Below are positions 13,001 through 28,000 of a stretch of 64,000 nucleotides of DNA, piece by piece. The stretch is from Balanoglossus misakiensis (Eukaryota > Animalia > Hemichordata). The translations under genes and the position numbers were made by a program. The stretch's first letter is position 1; each line of letters begins with the position of its first letter. The notes beneath the pieces were generated by a model. It was given only the letters and a program-made list of their open reading frames with translations, had not been told where the DNA came from and ran no database searches. The stretch covers positions 7,021,097 through 7,085,096 of the forward strand of contig CM082598.2 in assembly GCA_040954595.2 (NCBI GenBank), written 5' to 3'.

Positions 13001-16000
13001 GCTTTGACATGGGTATTTAATGCATATGGGGTTTTCAAGTTGATTATAAATCGTAGGGTTAATACGTGTCCAAAAGCACTGTAATTTGACATTGCTAATG
13101 CAACGGTGACATTGAATCTGATTCTGTGCATCAGGGTAAATGGCAAAGCAAGCTTGATGATGCATCATGGTAGATAGTGATGCAAACACCTCGCTTTGAC
13201 ATGGGTGTAAAATGCATCTGGGGTTTTCAAGTTATTTGTAAATCCCCAGGTTAATACGTAGCCAAAAGCACGGTAATTTGACATTGCTAATGCAACGGTG
13301 ACAGTGAATCTGATTATTTGCACCAGGGTAAATGGTGAAGCAAGCTTGATGATGCATCAGGGTAGATAGTGATGCAAACACTTAACTATGACATGGGTAT
13401 AAAATGCATATGGGGATTTCAAATTAATTGTAAATCCCTGGGTTAATACGTGGCCAAACGCACTATAATTTGACATTGCTAATGCAATAGTGACACTAAA
13501 ACTGATTCTTTGCATCAGGGCAAATTGTGAAGCTTGCTTGATGATGCAAACACTGCATTTTGACATGGGTATTTAATGCATATGCATTGATATTCAAAGT
13601 TGACTCTAAATCCTCGGTTAATACATGGCCAAAAGCACTGTAATTTAAAATTGCTAATGCAAGGGTGACATTGAATCTGATTCTATGCATCAGGGCAAAT
13701 ACTGAAGAATGCTTAATGATGCACCTAGGTCAATTGTGATGCAATCACTAAACTTTGACACAAGGGTTTAAAATGCATACAGGGGGATTAAAGGATGACT
13801 GAAAATTCCTGGGTTAATACGTGTCAAAAAGCACTGTAATTTGACATTGCTAATGCAATGGTGACACTAAATCTGATTCTTTGCATCAGGGCAAATAGTG
13901 AAGCATGCTTGATGATGCAAACACTGCATTTTGACATAGGTATTTAATGCATATGCATGGGTATTTGAAGTTGTCTGTAAATCTCCAGGTTAATACGTAG
14001 CCGAAAAGCACTGTAATTTGACATTGCTAATGCAATGGTGACACTAAATGTGATTCTTTGTATCAGAGTAAATGGCAAAGCAAGCTTGATGATCATCACG
14101 GTAGAGAGTGATGCAAACACTTCGCTTTGACATAGGTATAACATGCATATGGGGATTTCAAGTTGATTATAAATCCCTGGGTTAATACGTGTCCAAAAGC
14201 ACTGTAATTTGACATTGCTTATGCAATAGTGACACTAAAACTGATTATTTGCATCAGGGCAAATTGTGAAGCATGCTTGATGATGCGTCAGAGTCAATTC
14301 CTGGGTTAATACGTGTCCAAAAGCACTGTAATTTGACATTGCTAATGCAACGGTGACATTGAATCTGATTCTGTGCATCAGGGTAAATGGCGATGCAAGC
14401 TTGATGATGCATCATGGTAGATAGTGATGCAAACACTTCACTTTGACATGGGTGTAAAATGCATCTGGGGTTTTCAAGTTGATTATAAATCCTAGGGTTA
14501 ATACCTGGCCAAACGAAATGTAATTTGACATTGCTAATGCAACGGTGACATTGAATCTGATTCTGTGCATCAGGGTAAATGGAAAAGCAAGCTTGATGAT
14601 GCATCATGGTAGATAGTGATGCAAACACTTCACTTTGACATGGGTATTTAATGCATATGGGGTTTTCAAGTTTATTATACATCCTAGGGTTAATACGTGT
14701 CCAAAAGCACTGTAATTTGACATTGCTAATGCAACGGTGACATTGAATCTGATTCTTTGCATCAAGGTAAATGGCGATGCAAGCTTGATGATGCATCACG
14801 GTAGATAGTGATGCAAACACTTCGCTTTGACATGGGTATTTAATGCATATGGTGTTTTCAAGTTGATTATACATCCTAGGGTTAATATGTATCGAAAAGC
14901 ACTTTAATTTGACATTGCTAATGCAACGGTGACATTGAATCTGATTCTTTGCATCAAAGTAAATGGCGATGCAAGCTTGATGATGCATCATGGTAGATAG
15001 TGATGCAAACACGTCACTTTGACATGGGTGTAAAATGCATCTGGGGTTTTCAAGTTGATTATAAATCCCAGGGTTAATATGTGTCCAAAAGCACTGTAAT
15101 TTGACATTGCTAATGCAACGGTGACATTGAATCTGATTCTGTGCATCAGGGTAAATGGCGATGCAAGCTTGATGATGCATCATGGTAGATAGTGATGCAA
15201 ACACGTCACTTTGACATGGGTGTAAAATGCATCTGGGGTTTTCAAGTTGATTATAAATCCCAGGGTTAATACCTGGCCAAACGCAATGTAATTTGACATT
15301 GCTAATGCAACGGTGACATTGAATCTGATTCTGTGCATCAGGGTAAATGGCGATGCAAGCTTGATGATGCATCATGGTAGATAGTGATGCAAACACTTCA
15401 CTTTGACATGGGTGTAAAATGCATCTGGGGTTTTCAAGTTGATTATAAATCGTAGGGTTAATACGTGTCCAAAAGCACTGTAATTTGACATTGCTAATGC
15501 AACGGTGACATTGAATCTGATTCTGTGCATCAGGGTAAATGGCAAAGCAAGCTTGATGATGCATCATGGTAGATAGTGATGCAAACACTTCGCTTTGACA
15601 TGGGTGTAAAATGCATCTGGGGTTTTCAAGTTATTTGTAAATCCCCAGGTTAATACGTAGCCAAAAGCATGGTAATTTGACATTGCTAATGCAACGGTGA
15701 CATTGAATCTGATTATTTGCACCAGGGTAAATGGCGAAGCAAGCTTGATGATGCATCAGGGTAGATAGTGATGCAAACACTTAACTATGACGTGGGTATA
15801 AAATGCATATGGGGATTTCAAATTAATTGTAAATCCCTGGGTTAATACGTGGCCAAACGCACTATAATTTGACATTGCTAATGCAATAGTGACACTAAAA
15901 CTGATTCTTTGCATCAGGGCAAATTGTGAAGCATGCTTGATGATGCAAACACTGCATTTTGACATGGGTATTTAATACATATGCATTGATATTCAAAGTT

Positions 16001-19000
16001 GACTCTAAATCCTCGGTTAATACATGGCCAAAAGCACTGTAATTTAAAATTGCTAATGCAAGGGTGACATTGAATCTGATTCTATGCATCAGGGCAAATA
16101 CTGAAGAATGCTTAATGATGCACCTAGGTCAATTGTGATGCAATCACTAAACTTTGACACAAGGGTTTAAAATGCATACAGGGGGATTAAAGGATGACTG
16201 AAAATTCCTGGGTTAATACGTGTCAAAAAGCACTGTAATTTGACATTGCTAATGCAATGGTGACACTAAATCTGATTCTTTGCATCAGGGCAAATAGTGA
16301 AGCATGCTTGATGATGCAAACACTGCATTTTGACATAGGTATTTAATGCATATGCATGGGTATTTGAAGTTGTCTGTAAATCTCCAGGTTAATACGTAGC
16401 CAAAAAGCACTGTAATTTGACATTGATAATGCAATGGTGACACTAAATCTGATTCTTTGTATCAGGGTAAATGGCAAAGCAAGCTTGGTGATCATCACGG
16501 TAGAGAGTGATGCAAACACTTCGCTTTGACATAGGTATAACATGCATCTGTGGTTTTCAAGTTGATTATAAATCCTAGGGTTAATACCTGGCCAAACGAA
16601 ATGTAATTTGACATTGCTAATGCAAGGGTGACATTGAATCTGATTCTATGCATCAGGGCAAATACTGAAGAATGCTTAATGATGCACCTAGGTCAATTGT
16701 GATGCAATCACTAAACTTTGACACAAGGGTTTAAAATGCATACAGGGGGATTAAAGGATGACTGAAAATTCCTGGGTTAATACGTGTCAAAAAGCACTGT
16801 AATTTGACATTGCTAATGCAATGGTGACACTAAATCTGATTCTTTGCATCAGGGCAAATAGTGAAGCATGCTTGATGATGCAAACACTGCATTTTGACAT
16901 AGGTATTTAATGCATATGCATGGGTATTTGAAGTTGTCTGTAAATCTCCAGGTTAATACGTAGCCGAAAAGCACTGTAATTTGACATTGCTAATGCAATG
17001 GTGACACTAAATGTGATTCTTTGTATCAGGGTAAATGGCAAAGCAAGCTTGATGATCATCACGGTAGAGAGTGATGCAAACACTTCGCTTTGACATAGGT
17101 ATAACATGCATATGGGGATTTCAAGTTGATTATAAATCCCTGGGTTAATACGTGTCCAAAAGCACTGTAATTTGACATTGCTTATGCAATAGTGACACTA
17201 AAACTGATTATTTGCATCAGGGCAAATTGTGAAGCATGCTTGATGATGCGTCAGAGTCAATTCCTGGGTTAATACGTGTCCAAAAGCACTGTAATTTGAC
17301 ATTGCTAATGCAACGGTGACATTGAATCTGATTCTGTGCATCAGGGTAAATGGCGATGCAAGCTTGATGATGCATCATGGTAGATAGTGATGCAAACACT
17401 TCACTTTGACATGGGTGTAAAATGCATCTGGGGTTTTCAAGTTGATTATAAATCCTAGGGTTAATACCTGGCCAAACGAAATGTAATTTGACATTGCTAA
17501 TGCAACGGTGACATTGAATCTGATTCTGTGCATCAGGGTAAATGGAAAAGCAAGCTTGATGATGCATCATGGTAGATAGTGATGCAAACACTTCACTTTG
17601 ACATGGGTATTTAATGCATTTGGGGTTTTCAAGTTGATTATACATCCTAGGGTTAATACGTGTCCAAAAGCACTGTAATTTGACATTGCTAATGCAACGG
17701 TGACATTGAATCTGATTCTTTGCATCAAGGTAAATGGCGATGCAAGCTTGATGATGCATCACGGTAGATAGTGATGCAAACACTTCGCTTTGACATGGGT
17801 ATTTAATGCATATGGTGTTTTCAAGTTGATTATACATCCTAGGGTTAATATGTGTCGAAAAGCACTTTAATTTGACATTGCTAATGCAACGGTGACATTG
17901 AATCTGATTCTTTGCATCAAAGTAAATGGCGATGCAAGCTTGATGATGCATCATGGTAGATAGTGATGCAAACACGTCACTTTGACATGGGTGTAAAATG
18001 CATCTGGGGTTTTCAAGTTGATTATAAATCCCAGGGTTAATATGTGTCCAAAAGCACTGTAATTTGACATTGCTAATGCAACGGTGACATTGAATCTGAT
18101 TCTGTGCATCAGGGTAAATGGCGATGCAAGCTTGATGATGCATCATGGTAGATAGTGATGCAAACACGTCACTTTGACATGGGTGTAAAATGCATCTGGG
18201 GTTTTCAAGTTGATTATAAATCCCAGGGTTAATACCTGGCCAAACGCAATGTAATTTGACATTGCTAATGCAACGGTGACATTGAATCTGATTCTGTGCA
18301 TCAGGGTAAATGGCGATGCAAGCTTGATGATGCATCATGGTAGATAGTGATGCAAACACTTCACTTTGACATGGGTGTAAAATGCATCTGGGGTTTTCAA
18401 GTTGATTATAAATCCTAGGGTTAATACCTGGCCAAACGAAATGTAATTTGACATTGCTAATGCAACAGTGACATTGAATCTGATTCTGTGCATCAGGGTA
18501 AATGGAAAAGCAAGCTTGATGATGCATCATGGTAGATAGTGATGCAAACACTTCACTTTGACATGGGTATTTAATGCATATGGGGTTTTCAAGTTGATTA
18601 TACATCCTAGGGTTAATACGTGTCCAAAAGCACTGTAATTTGACATTACTAATGCAACGGTGACATTGAATCTGATTCTTTGCATCAAGGTAAATGGCGA
18701 TGCAAGCTTGATGATGCATCACGGTAGATAGTGATGCAAACACTTCGCTTTGACATGGGTATTTAATGCATATGGTGTTTTCAAGTCGATTGTACATCCT
18801 AGGGTTAATATGTGTCGAAAAGCACTTTAATTTGACATTGCTAATGCAACGGTGACATTGAATCTGATTCTTTGCATCAAAGTAAATGGCGATGCAAGCT
18901 TGATGATGCATCATGGTAGATAGTGATGCAAACACGTCACTTTGACATGGGTGTAAAATGCATCTGGGGTTTTCAAGTTGATTATAAATCCCAGGGTTAA

Positions 19001-22000
19001 TATGTGTCCAAAAGCACTGTAATTTGACATTGCTAATGCAACGGTGACATTGAATCTGATTCTGTGCATCAGGGTAAATGGCGATGCAAGCTTGATGATG
19101 CATCATGGTAGATAGTGATGCAAACACGTCACTTTGACATGGGTGTAAAATGCATCTGGGGTTTTCAAGTTGATTATAAATCCCAGGGTTAATACCTGGC
19201 CAAACGCAATGTAATTTGACATTGCTAATGCAACGGTGACATTGAATCTGATTCTTTGCATCAGGGCAAATAGTGAAGCATGCTTGATGATGCAAACACT
19301 GCATTTTGACATAGGTATTTAATGCATATGCATGGGTATTTGAAGTTGTCTGTAAATCTCCAGGTTAATACGTAGCCGAAAAGCACTGTAATTTGACATT
19401 GCTAATGCAATGGTGACACTAAATGTTATTCTTTGTATCAGGGTAAATGGCAAAGCAAGCTTGATGATCATCACGGTAGAGAGTGATGCAAACACTTCGC
19501 TTTGACATAGGTATAACATGCATATGGGGATTTCAAGTTGATTATAAATCCCTGGGTTAATACGTGTCCAAAAGCACTGTAATTTGACATTGCTTATGCA
19601 ATAGTGACACTAAAACTGATTATTTGCATCAGGGCAAATTGTGAAGCATGCTTGATGATGCGTCAGAGTCAATTCCTGGGTTAATACGTGTCCAAAAGCA
19701 CTGTAATTTGACATTGCTAATGCAACGGTGACATTGAATCTGATTCTGTGCATCAGGGTAAATGGCGATGCAAGCTTGATGATGCATCATGGTAGATAGT
19801 GATGCAAACACTTCACTTTGACATGGGTGTAAAATGCATCTGGGGTTTTCAAGTTGATTATAAATCCTAGGGTTAATACCTGGCCAAACGAAATGTAATT
19901 TGACATTGCTAATGCAACGGTGACATTGAATCTGATTCTGTGCATCAGGGTAAATGGAAAAGCAAGCTTGATGATGCATCATGGTAGATAGTGATGCAAA
20001 CACTTCACTTTGACATGGGTATTTAATGCATTTGGGGTTTTCAAGTTGATTATACATCCTAGGGTTAATACGTGTCCAAAAGCACTGTAATTTGACATTG
20101 CTAATGCAACGGTGACATTGAATCTGATTCTTTGCATCAAGGTAAATGGCGATGCAAGCTTGATGATGCATCACGGTAGATAGTGATGCAAACACTTCGC
20201 TTTGACATGGGTATTTAATGCATATGGTGTTTTCAAGTTGATTATACATCCTAGGGTTAATATGTGTCGAAAAGCACTTTAATTTGACATTGCTAATGCA
20301 ACGGTGACATTGAATCTGATTCTTTGCATCAAAGTAAATGGCGATGCAAGCTTGATGATGCATCATGGTAGATAGTGATGCAAACACGTCACTTTGACAT
20401 GGGTGTAAAATGCATCTGGGGTTTTCAAGTTGATTATAAATCCCAGGGTTAATATGTGTCCAAAAGCACTGTAATTTGACATTGCTAATGCAACGGTGAC
20501 ATTGAATCTGATTCTGTGCATCAGGGTAAATGGCGATGCAAGCTTGATGATGCATCATGGTAGATAGTGATGCAAACACGTCACTTTGACATGGGTGTAA
20601 AATGCATCTGGGGTTTTCAAGTTGATTATAAATCCCAGGGTTAATACCTGGCCAAACGCAATGTAATTTGACATTGCTAATGCAACGGTGACATTGAATC
20701 TGATTCTGTGCATCAGGGTAAATGGCGATGCAAGCTTGATGATGCATCATGGTAGATAGTGATGCAAACACTTCACTTTGACATGGGTGTAAAATGCATC
20801 TGGGGTTTTCAAGTTGATTATAAATCCTAGGGTTAATACCTGGCCAAACGAAATGTAATTTGACATTGCTAATGCAACAGTGACATTGAATCTGATTCTG
20901 TGCATCAGGGTAAATGGAAAAGCAAGCTTGATGATGCATCATGGTAGATAGTGATGCAAACACTTCACTTTGACATGGGTATTTAATGCATATGGGGTTT
21001 TCAAGTTGATTATACATCCTAGGGTTAATACGTGTCCAAAAGCACTGTAATTTGACATTACTAATGCAACGGTGACATTGAATCTGATTCTTTGCATCAA
21101 GGTAAATGGCGATGCAAGCTTGATGATGCATCACGGTAGATAGTGATGCAAACACTTCGCTTTGACATGGGTATTTAATGCATATGGTGTTTTCAAGTCG
21201 ATTGTACATCCTAGGGTTAATATGTGTCGAAAAGCACTTTAATTTGACATTGCTAATGCAACGGTGACATTGAATCTGATTCTTTGCATCAAAGTAAATG
21301 GCGATGCAAGCTTGATGATGCATCATGGTAGATAGTGATGCAAACACGTCACTTTGACATGGGTGTAAAATGCATCTGGGGTTTTCAAGTTGATTATAAA
21401 TCCCAGGGTTAATATGTGTCCAAAAGCACTGTAATTTGACATTGCTAATGCAACGGTGACATTGAATCTGATTCTGTGCATCAGGGTAAATGGCGATGCA
21501 AGCTTGATGATGCATCATGGTAGATAGTGATGCAAACACGTCACTTTGACATGGGTGTAAAATGCATCTGGGGTTTTCAAGTTGATTATAAATCCCAGGG
21601 TTAATACCTGGCCAAACGCAATGTAATTTGACATTGCTAATGCAACGGTGACATTGAATCTGATTCTGTGCATCAGGGTAAATGGCGATGCAAGCTTGAT
21701 GATGCATCATGGTAGATAGTGATGCAAACACTTCACTTTGACATGGGTGTAAAATGCATCTGGGGTTTTCAAGTTGATTATAAATCGTAGGGTTAATACG
21801 TGTCCAAAAGCACTGTAATTTGACATTGCTAATGCAACGGTGACATTGAATCTGATTCTGTGCATCAGGGTAAATGGCAAAGCAAGCTTGATGATGCATC
21901 ATGGTAGATAGTGATGCAAACACTTCGCTTTGACATGGGTGTAAAATGCCTCTGGGGTTTTCAAGTTATTTGTAAATCCCCAGGTTAATACGTAGCCAAA

Positions 22001-25000
22001 AGCATGGTAATTTGACATTGCTAATGCAACGGTGACATTGAATCTGATTATTTGCACCAGGGTAAATGGCGAAGCAAGCTTGATGATGCATCAGGGTAGA
22101 TAGTGATGCAAACACTTAACTATGACGTGGGTATAAAATGCATATGGGGATTTCAAATTAATTGTAAATCCCTGGGTTAATACGTGGCCAAACGCACTAT
22201 AATTTGACATTGCTAATGCAATAGTGACACTAAAACTGATTCTTTGCATCAGGGCAAATTGTGAAGCATGCTTGATGATGCAAACACTGCATTTTGACAT
22301 GGGTATTTAATACATATGCATTGATATTCAAAGTTGACTCTAAATACTCGGTTAATACATGGCCAAAAGCACTGTAATTTAAAATTGCTAATGCAAGGGT
22401 GACATTGAATCTGATTCTATGCATCAGGGCAAATACTGAAGAATGCTTAATGATGCACCTAGGTCAATTGTGATGCAATCACTAAACTTTGACACAAGGG
22501 TTTAAAATGCATACAGGGGGATTAAAGGATGACTGAAAATTCCTGGGTTAATACGTGTCAAAAAGCACTGTAATTTGACATTGCTAATGCAATGGTGACA
22601 CTAAATCTGATTCTTTGCATCAGGGCAAATAGTGAAGCATGCTTGATGATGCAAACACTGCATTTTGACATAGGTATTTAATGCATATGCATGGGTATTT
22701 GAAGTTGTCTGTAAATCTCCAGGTTAATACGTAGCCAAAAAGCACTGTAATTTGACATTGATAATGCAATGGTGACACTAAATCTGATTCTTTGTATCAG
22801 GGTAAATGGCAAAGCAAGCTTGATGATCATCACGGTAGAGAGTGATGCAAACACTTCGCTTTGACATAGGTATAACATGCATCTGTGGTTTTCAAGTTGA
22901 TTATAAATCCTAGGGTTAATACCTGGCCAAACGAAATGTAATTTGACATTGCTAATGCAAGGGTGACATTGAATCTGATTCTATGCATCAGGGCAAATAC
23001 TGAAGAATGCTTAATGATGCACCTAGGTCAATTGTGATGCAATCACTAAACTTTGACACAAGGGTTTAAAATGCATACAGGGGGATTAAAGGATGACTGA
23101 AAATTCCTGGGTTAATACGTGTCAAAAAGCACTGTAATTTGACATTGCTAATGCAATGGTGACACTAAATCTGATTCTTTGCATCAGGGCAAATAGTGAA
23201 GCATGCTTGATGATGCAAACACTGCATTTTGACATAGGTATTTAATGCATATGCATGGGTATTTGAAGTTGTCTGTAAATCTCCAGGTTAATACGTAGCC
23301 GAAAAGCACTGTAATTTGACATTGCTAATGCAATGGTGACACTAAATGTGATTCTTTGTATCAGGGTAAATGGCAAAGCAAGCTTGATGATCATCACGGT
23401 AGAGAGTGATGCAAACACTTCGCTTTGACATAGGTATAACATGCATATGGGGATTTCAAGTTGATTATAAATCCCTGGGTTAATACGTGTCCAAAAGCAC
23501 TGTAATTTGACATTGCTTATGCAATAGTGACACTAAAACTGATTATTTGCATCAGGGCAAATTGTGAAGCATGCTTGATGATGCGTCAGAGTCAATTCCT
23601 GGGTTAATACGTGTCCAAAAGCACTGTAATTTGACATTGCTAATGCAATGGTGACATTGAATCTGATTCTGTGCATCAGGGTAAATGGCGATGCAAGCTT
23701 GATGATGCATCATGGTAGATAGTGATGCAAACACTTCACTTTGACATGGGTGTAAAATGCATCTGGGGTTTTCAAGTTGATTATAAATCCTAGGGTTAAT
23801 ACCTGGCCAAACGAAATGTAATTTGACATTGCTAATGCAACGGTGACATTGAATCTGATTCTGTGCATCAGGGTAAATGGAAAAGCAAGCTTGATGATGC
23901 ATCATGGTAGATAGTGATGCAAACACTTCACTTTGACATGGGTATTTAATGCATTTGGGGTTTTCAAGTTGATTATACATCCTAGGGTTAATACGTGTCC
24001 AAAAGCACTGTAATTTGACATTGCTAATGCAACGGTGACATTGAATCTGATTCTTTGCATCAAGGTAAATGGCGATGCAAGCTTGATGATGCATCACGGT
24101 AGATAGTGATGCAAACACTTCGCTTTGACATGGGTATTTAATGCATATGGTGTTTTCAAGTTGATTATACATCCTAGGGTTAATATGTGTCGAAAAGCAC
24201 TTTAATTTGACATTGCTAATGCAACGGTGACATTGAATCTGATTCTTTGCATCAAAGTAAATGGCGATGCAAGCTTGATGATGCATCATGGTAGATAGTG
24301 ATGCAAACACGTCACTTTGACATGGGTGTAAAATGCATCTGGGGTTTTCAAGTTGATTATAAATCCCAGGGTTAATACCTGGCCAAACGCAATGTAATTT
24401 GACATTGCTAATGCAACGGTGACATTGAATCTGATTCTGTGCATCAGGGTAAATGGCGATGCAAGCTTGATGATGCATCATGGTAGATAGTGATGCAAAC
24501 ACGTCACTTTGACATGGGTGTAAAATGCATCTGGGGTTTTCAAGTTGATCATAAATCCCAGGGTTAATATGTGTCCAAAAACACGGAAATTTGACATTGC
24601 TAATGCAACAGTGACATTGAATATAATTCTTTGCATCAGGGTAAATGGCAAAGCAAGCTTGATGATGCATCATGGTAGATAGTGATGCAAACACTTCACT
24701 TTGACATGGGTATTTAATGCATATGGGGTTTTCAAGTTGATTATACATCCTAGGGTCAATACGTGTCCAAAAGAACTGTAATTTGACATTGCTAATGCAA
24801 CGGTGACATTGAATCTGATTCTTTGCATCAAGGTAAATGGCGATGCAAGCTTGATGATGCATCACGGTAGATAGTGATGCAAACACTTCGCTTTGACATG
24901 GGTATTTAATGCATATGGGGTTTTCAAGTTGATTATACATCCTAGGGTTAATACGTGTCCAAAAGCACTTTAATTTGACATTGCTAATGCAACGGTGACA

Positions 25001-28000
25001 TTGAATCTGATTCTTTGCATCAAAGTAAATGGCAATGCAAGCTTGATGATGCATCACGGTAGATAGTGATGCAATCACTTCGCTTTGACATGGGTATTTA
25101 ATGCATATGGGGTTTTCAAGTTGATTATAAATCGTAGGGTTAATACGTGTCCAAAAGCACTTTAATTTGACATTGCTAATGCAACAGTGACATTGAATCT
25201 GATTCTTTGCATCAAAGTAAATGGCGATGCAAGCTTGATGATGCATCACTGTAGATAGTGATGCAATCACTTCGCTTTGACATGGGTATTTAATGCATAT
25301 GGGGTTTTCAAGTTGATTATAAATCGTAGGGTTAATACGTGTCCAAAAGCAGTTTAATTTGACATTGCTAATGCAACGGTGATATTGAATCTGATTCTTT
25401 GCATCAAAGTAAATGGTGATGCAAGCTTGATGATGCATCACGATAGATAGTGATGCAATCACTTCGCTTTGGCATGGGTATTTAATGCATATGGGGTTTT
25501 CAAGTTTATTATAAATCGTAGGGTTAATACGTGTCCAAAAGCACTGTAATTTGACATTGCTAATGTAACGGTGACATTGAATCTGATTCTGTGCATCAGG
25601 GTAAATGGCAAAGCAAGCTTGATGATGCATCATGGTAGATAGTGATGCAAACACTTCGCTTTGACATGGGTATTTAATGTATCTGCATGGGTATTTAATA
25701 TTGACTGAAAATTCCTGGGGTAATACGTGTCCAAAAGCACTATAATTTGACATTGCTAATGCAATGGTGACATTGAATGTGATTCTTTGCATCAGGGTAA
25801 ATGGCGATGCAGGCTTGATGATGGATCAGAGTAGATGGTGATGCAAGGTCTGCACTTTGACATAGGTATTTAATGTATCTGCATGGGTATTTAATGTTGA
25901 CTGAAAATTCCTGGGTTAATACGAGTCTAAAAGCACTGTAATTTGACATTGCTAATGCAATGTTGACATAGAATGTGATTCTGTGCATCAGGGTAAATGG
26001 CGATGCAGGCTTGATGTTGCATAATGGTAGAGAGTGATGAAAACACTTCGCTTTGACATGGGTATAAAATGCATATGGGGGATTTCAAGTTGATTATACA
26101 TCCCTCAGTTAATACGTGTCGAAAAGCGCTGTAATTTAAAATTGCTAATGAGATGGTGACATTGAATCTGATTCTTTGCATCAGGGCAAATAGTGAAGCA
26201 TGCTTGATGATGCAAACACTGCATTTTGACATGGGTATTTAATGCATATGCATGGGTATTTGAAGTTGTCTGTAAATCTCCAGGTTAATACGTAGCCAAG
26301 AGCATTGTAATTTGACATTGCTAATGCAATGGTGACACTAAATCTGATTCTTTGTATCAGGGTAAATGGCGAAGCAAGCTTGATGATCATCACGGTAGAG
26401 AGTGATGCAAACACTTCGATTTGACATAGGTATAACATGCATATGGGGATTTCAAGTTGATTATAAATCCCTGGGTTAATACGTGTCAAAAAGCACTGTA
26501 ATTTGACATTGCTAATGCAACGGTGACATTGAATCTGATTCTGTGCATCAGGGTAAATGGCGATGCAAGCTTGATGATGAATCATGGTAGATAGTGATGC
26601 AAACACTTCGCTTTGACATGGGTATTTAATGCATATGGGGATTTCAAGTTCATTGTAAATCCCTGGGTTAATACGTGGCCAAACGCACTGTAATTTGACA
26701 TTGCTAATGCAATGGTGACACTAAATCTGATTCTTTGTATCAGGGTAAATGGCGAAGCAAGCTTTATGATGGATCAGAGTAGATGGTGATGCAAACACTT
26801 AACTATGACGTGGGTATAAAATGCATATGGGGATTTCAAATTAATTGTAAATCCCTGGGTTAATACGTGGCCAAACGCACTATAATTTGACATTGCTAAT
26901 GCAATAGTGACACTAAAACTGATTCTTTGCATCAGGGCAAATTGTGAAGCATGCTTGATGATGCAAACACTGCATTTTGACATGGGTATTTAATACATAT
27001 GCATTGATATTCAAAGTTGACTCTAAATCCTCGGTTAATACATGGCCAAAAGCACTGTAATTTAAAATTGCTAATGCAAGGGTGACATTGAATCTGATTC
27101 TATGCATCAGGGCAAATACTGAAGAATGCTTAATGATGCACCTAGGTCAATTGTGATGCAATCACTAAACTTTGACACAAGGGTTTAAAATGCATACAGG
27201 GGGATTAAAGGATGACTGAAAATTCCTGGGTTAATACGTAGCCAAAAGCACTGTAATTTGACATTGCTAATGTAATGGTGACACTAAATCTGATTCTTTG
27301 CATCAGGGCAAATAGTGAAGCATGCTTGATGATGCAAACACTGCATTTTGACATAGGTATTTAATGCATATGCATGGGTATTTGAAGTTGTCTGTAAATC
27401 TCCAGGTTAATACGTAGCCAAAAAGCACTGTAATTTGACATTGCTAATGCAATGGTGACACTAAATCTGATTCTTTGTATCAGGGTAAATGGCAAAGCAA
27501 GCTTGATGATCATCACGGTAGAGAGTGATGCAAACACTTCGCTTTGACATAGGTATAACATGCATATGGGGATTTCAAGTTGATTATAAATCCCTGGGTT
27601 AATACGTGTCCAAAAGCACTGTAATTTGACATTGCTTATGCAATAGTGACACTAAAACTGATTATTTGCATCAGGGCAAATTGTGAAACATGCTTGATGA
27701 TGCGTCAGAGTCAATTCCTGGGTTAATACGTGTCCAAAAGCACTGTAATTTGACATTGCTAATGCAACAGTGACATTGAATCTGATTCTGTGCATCAGGG
27801 TAAATGGCGATGCAAGCTTGATGATGAATCATGGTAGATAGTGATGCAAACACTTCGCTTTGACATGGGTATTTAATGCATCTGGGGTTTTCAAGTTATT
27901 TGTAAATCCCCAGGTTAATACGTAGCCAAAAGCATGGTAATTTGACATTGCTAATGCAACGGTGACATTGAATCTGATTATTTGCACCAGGGTAAATGGC

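Noticed and set aside
14820-14836. CENP-B box-like CTTCGCTTTGACATGGG in the satellite
   Set aside because: Only TTCG matches. The essential A10 and CGGG positions do not.
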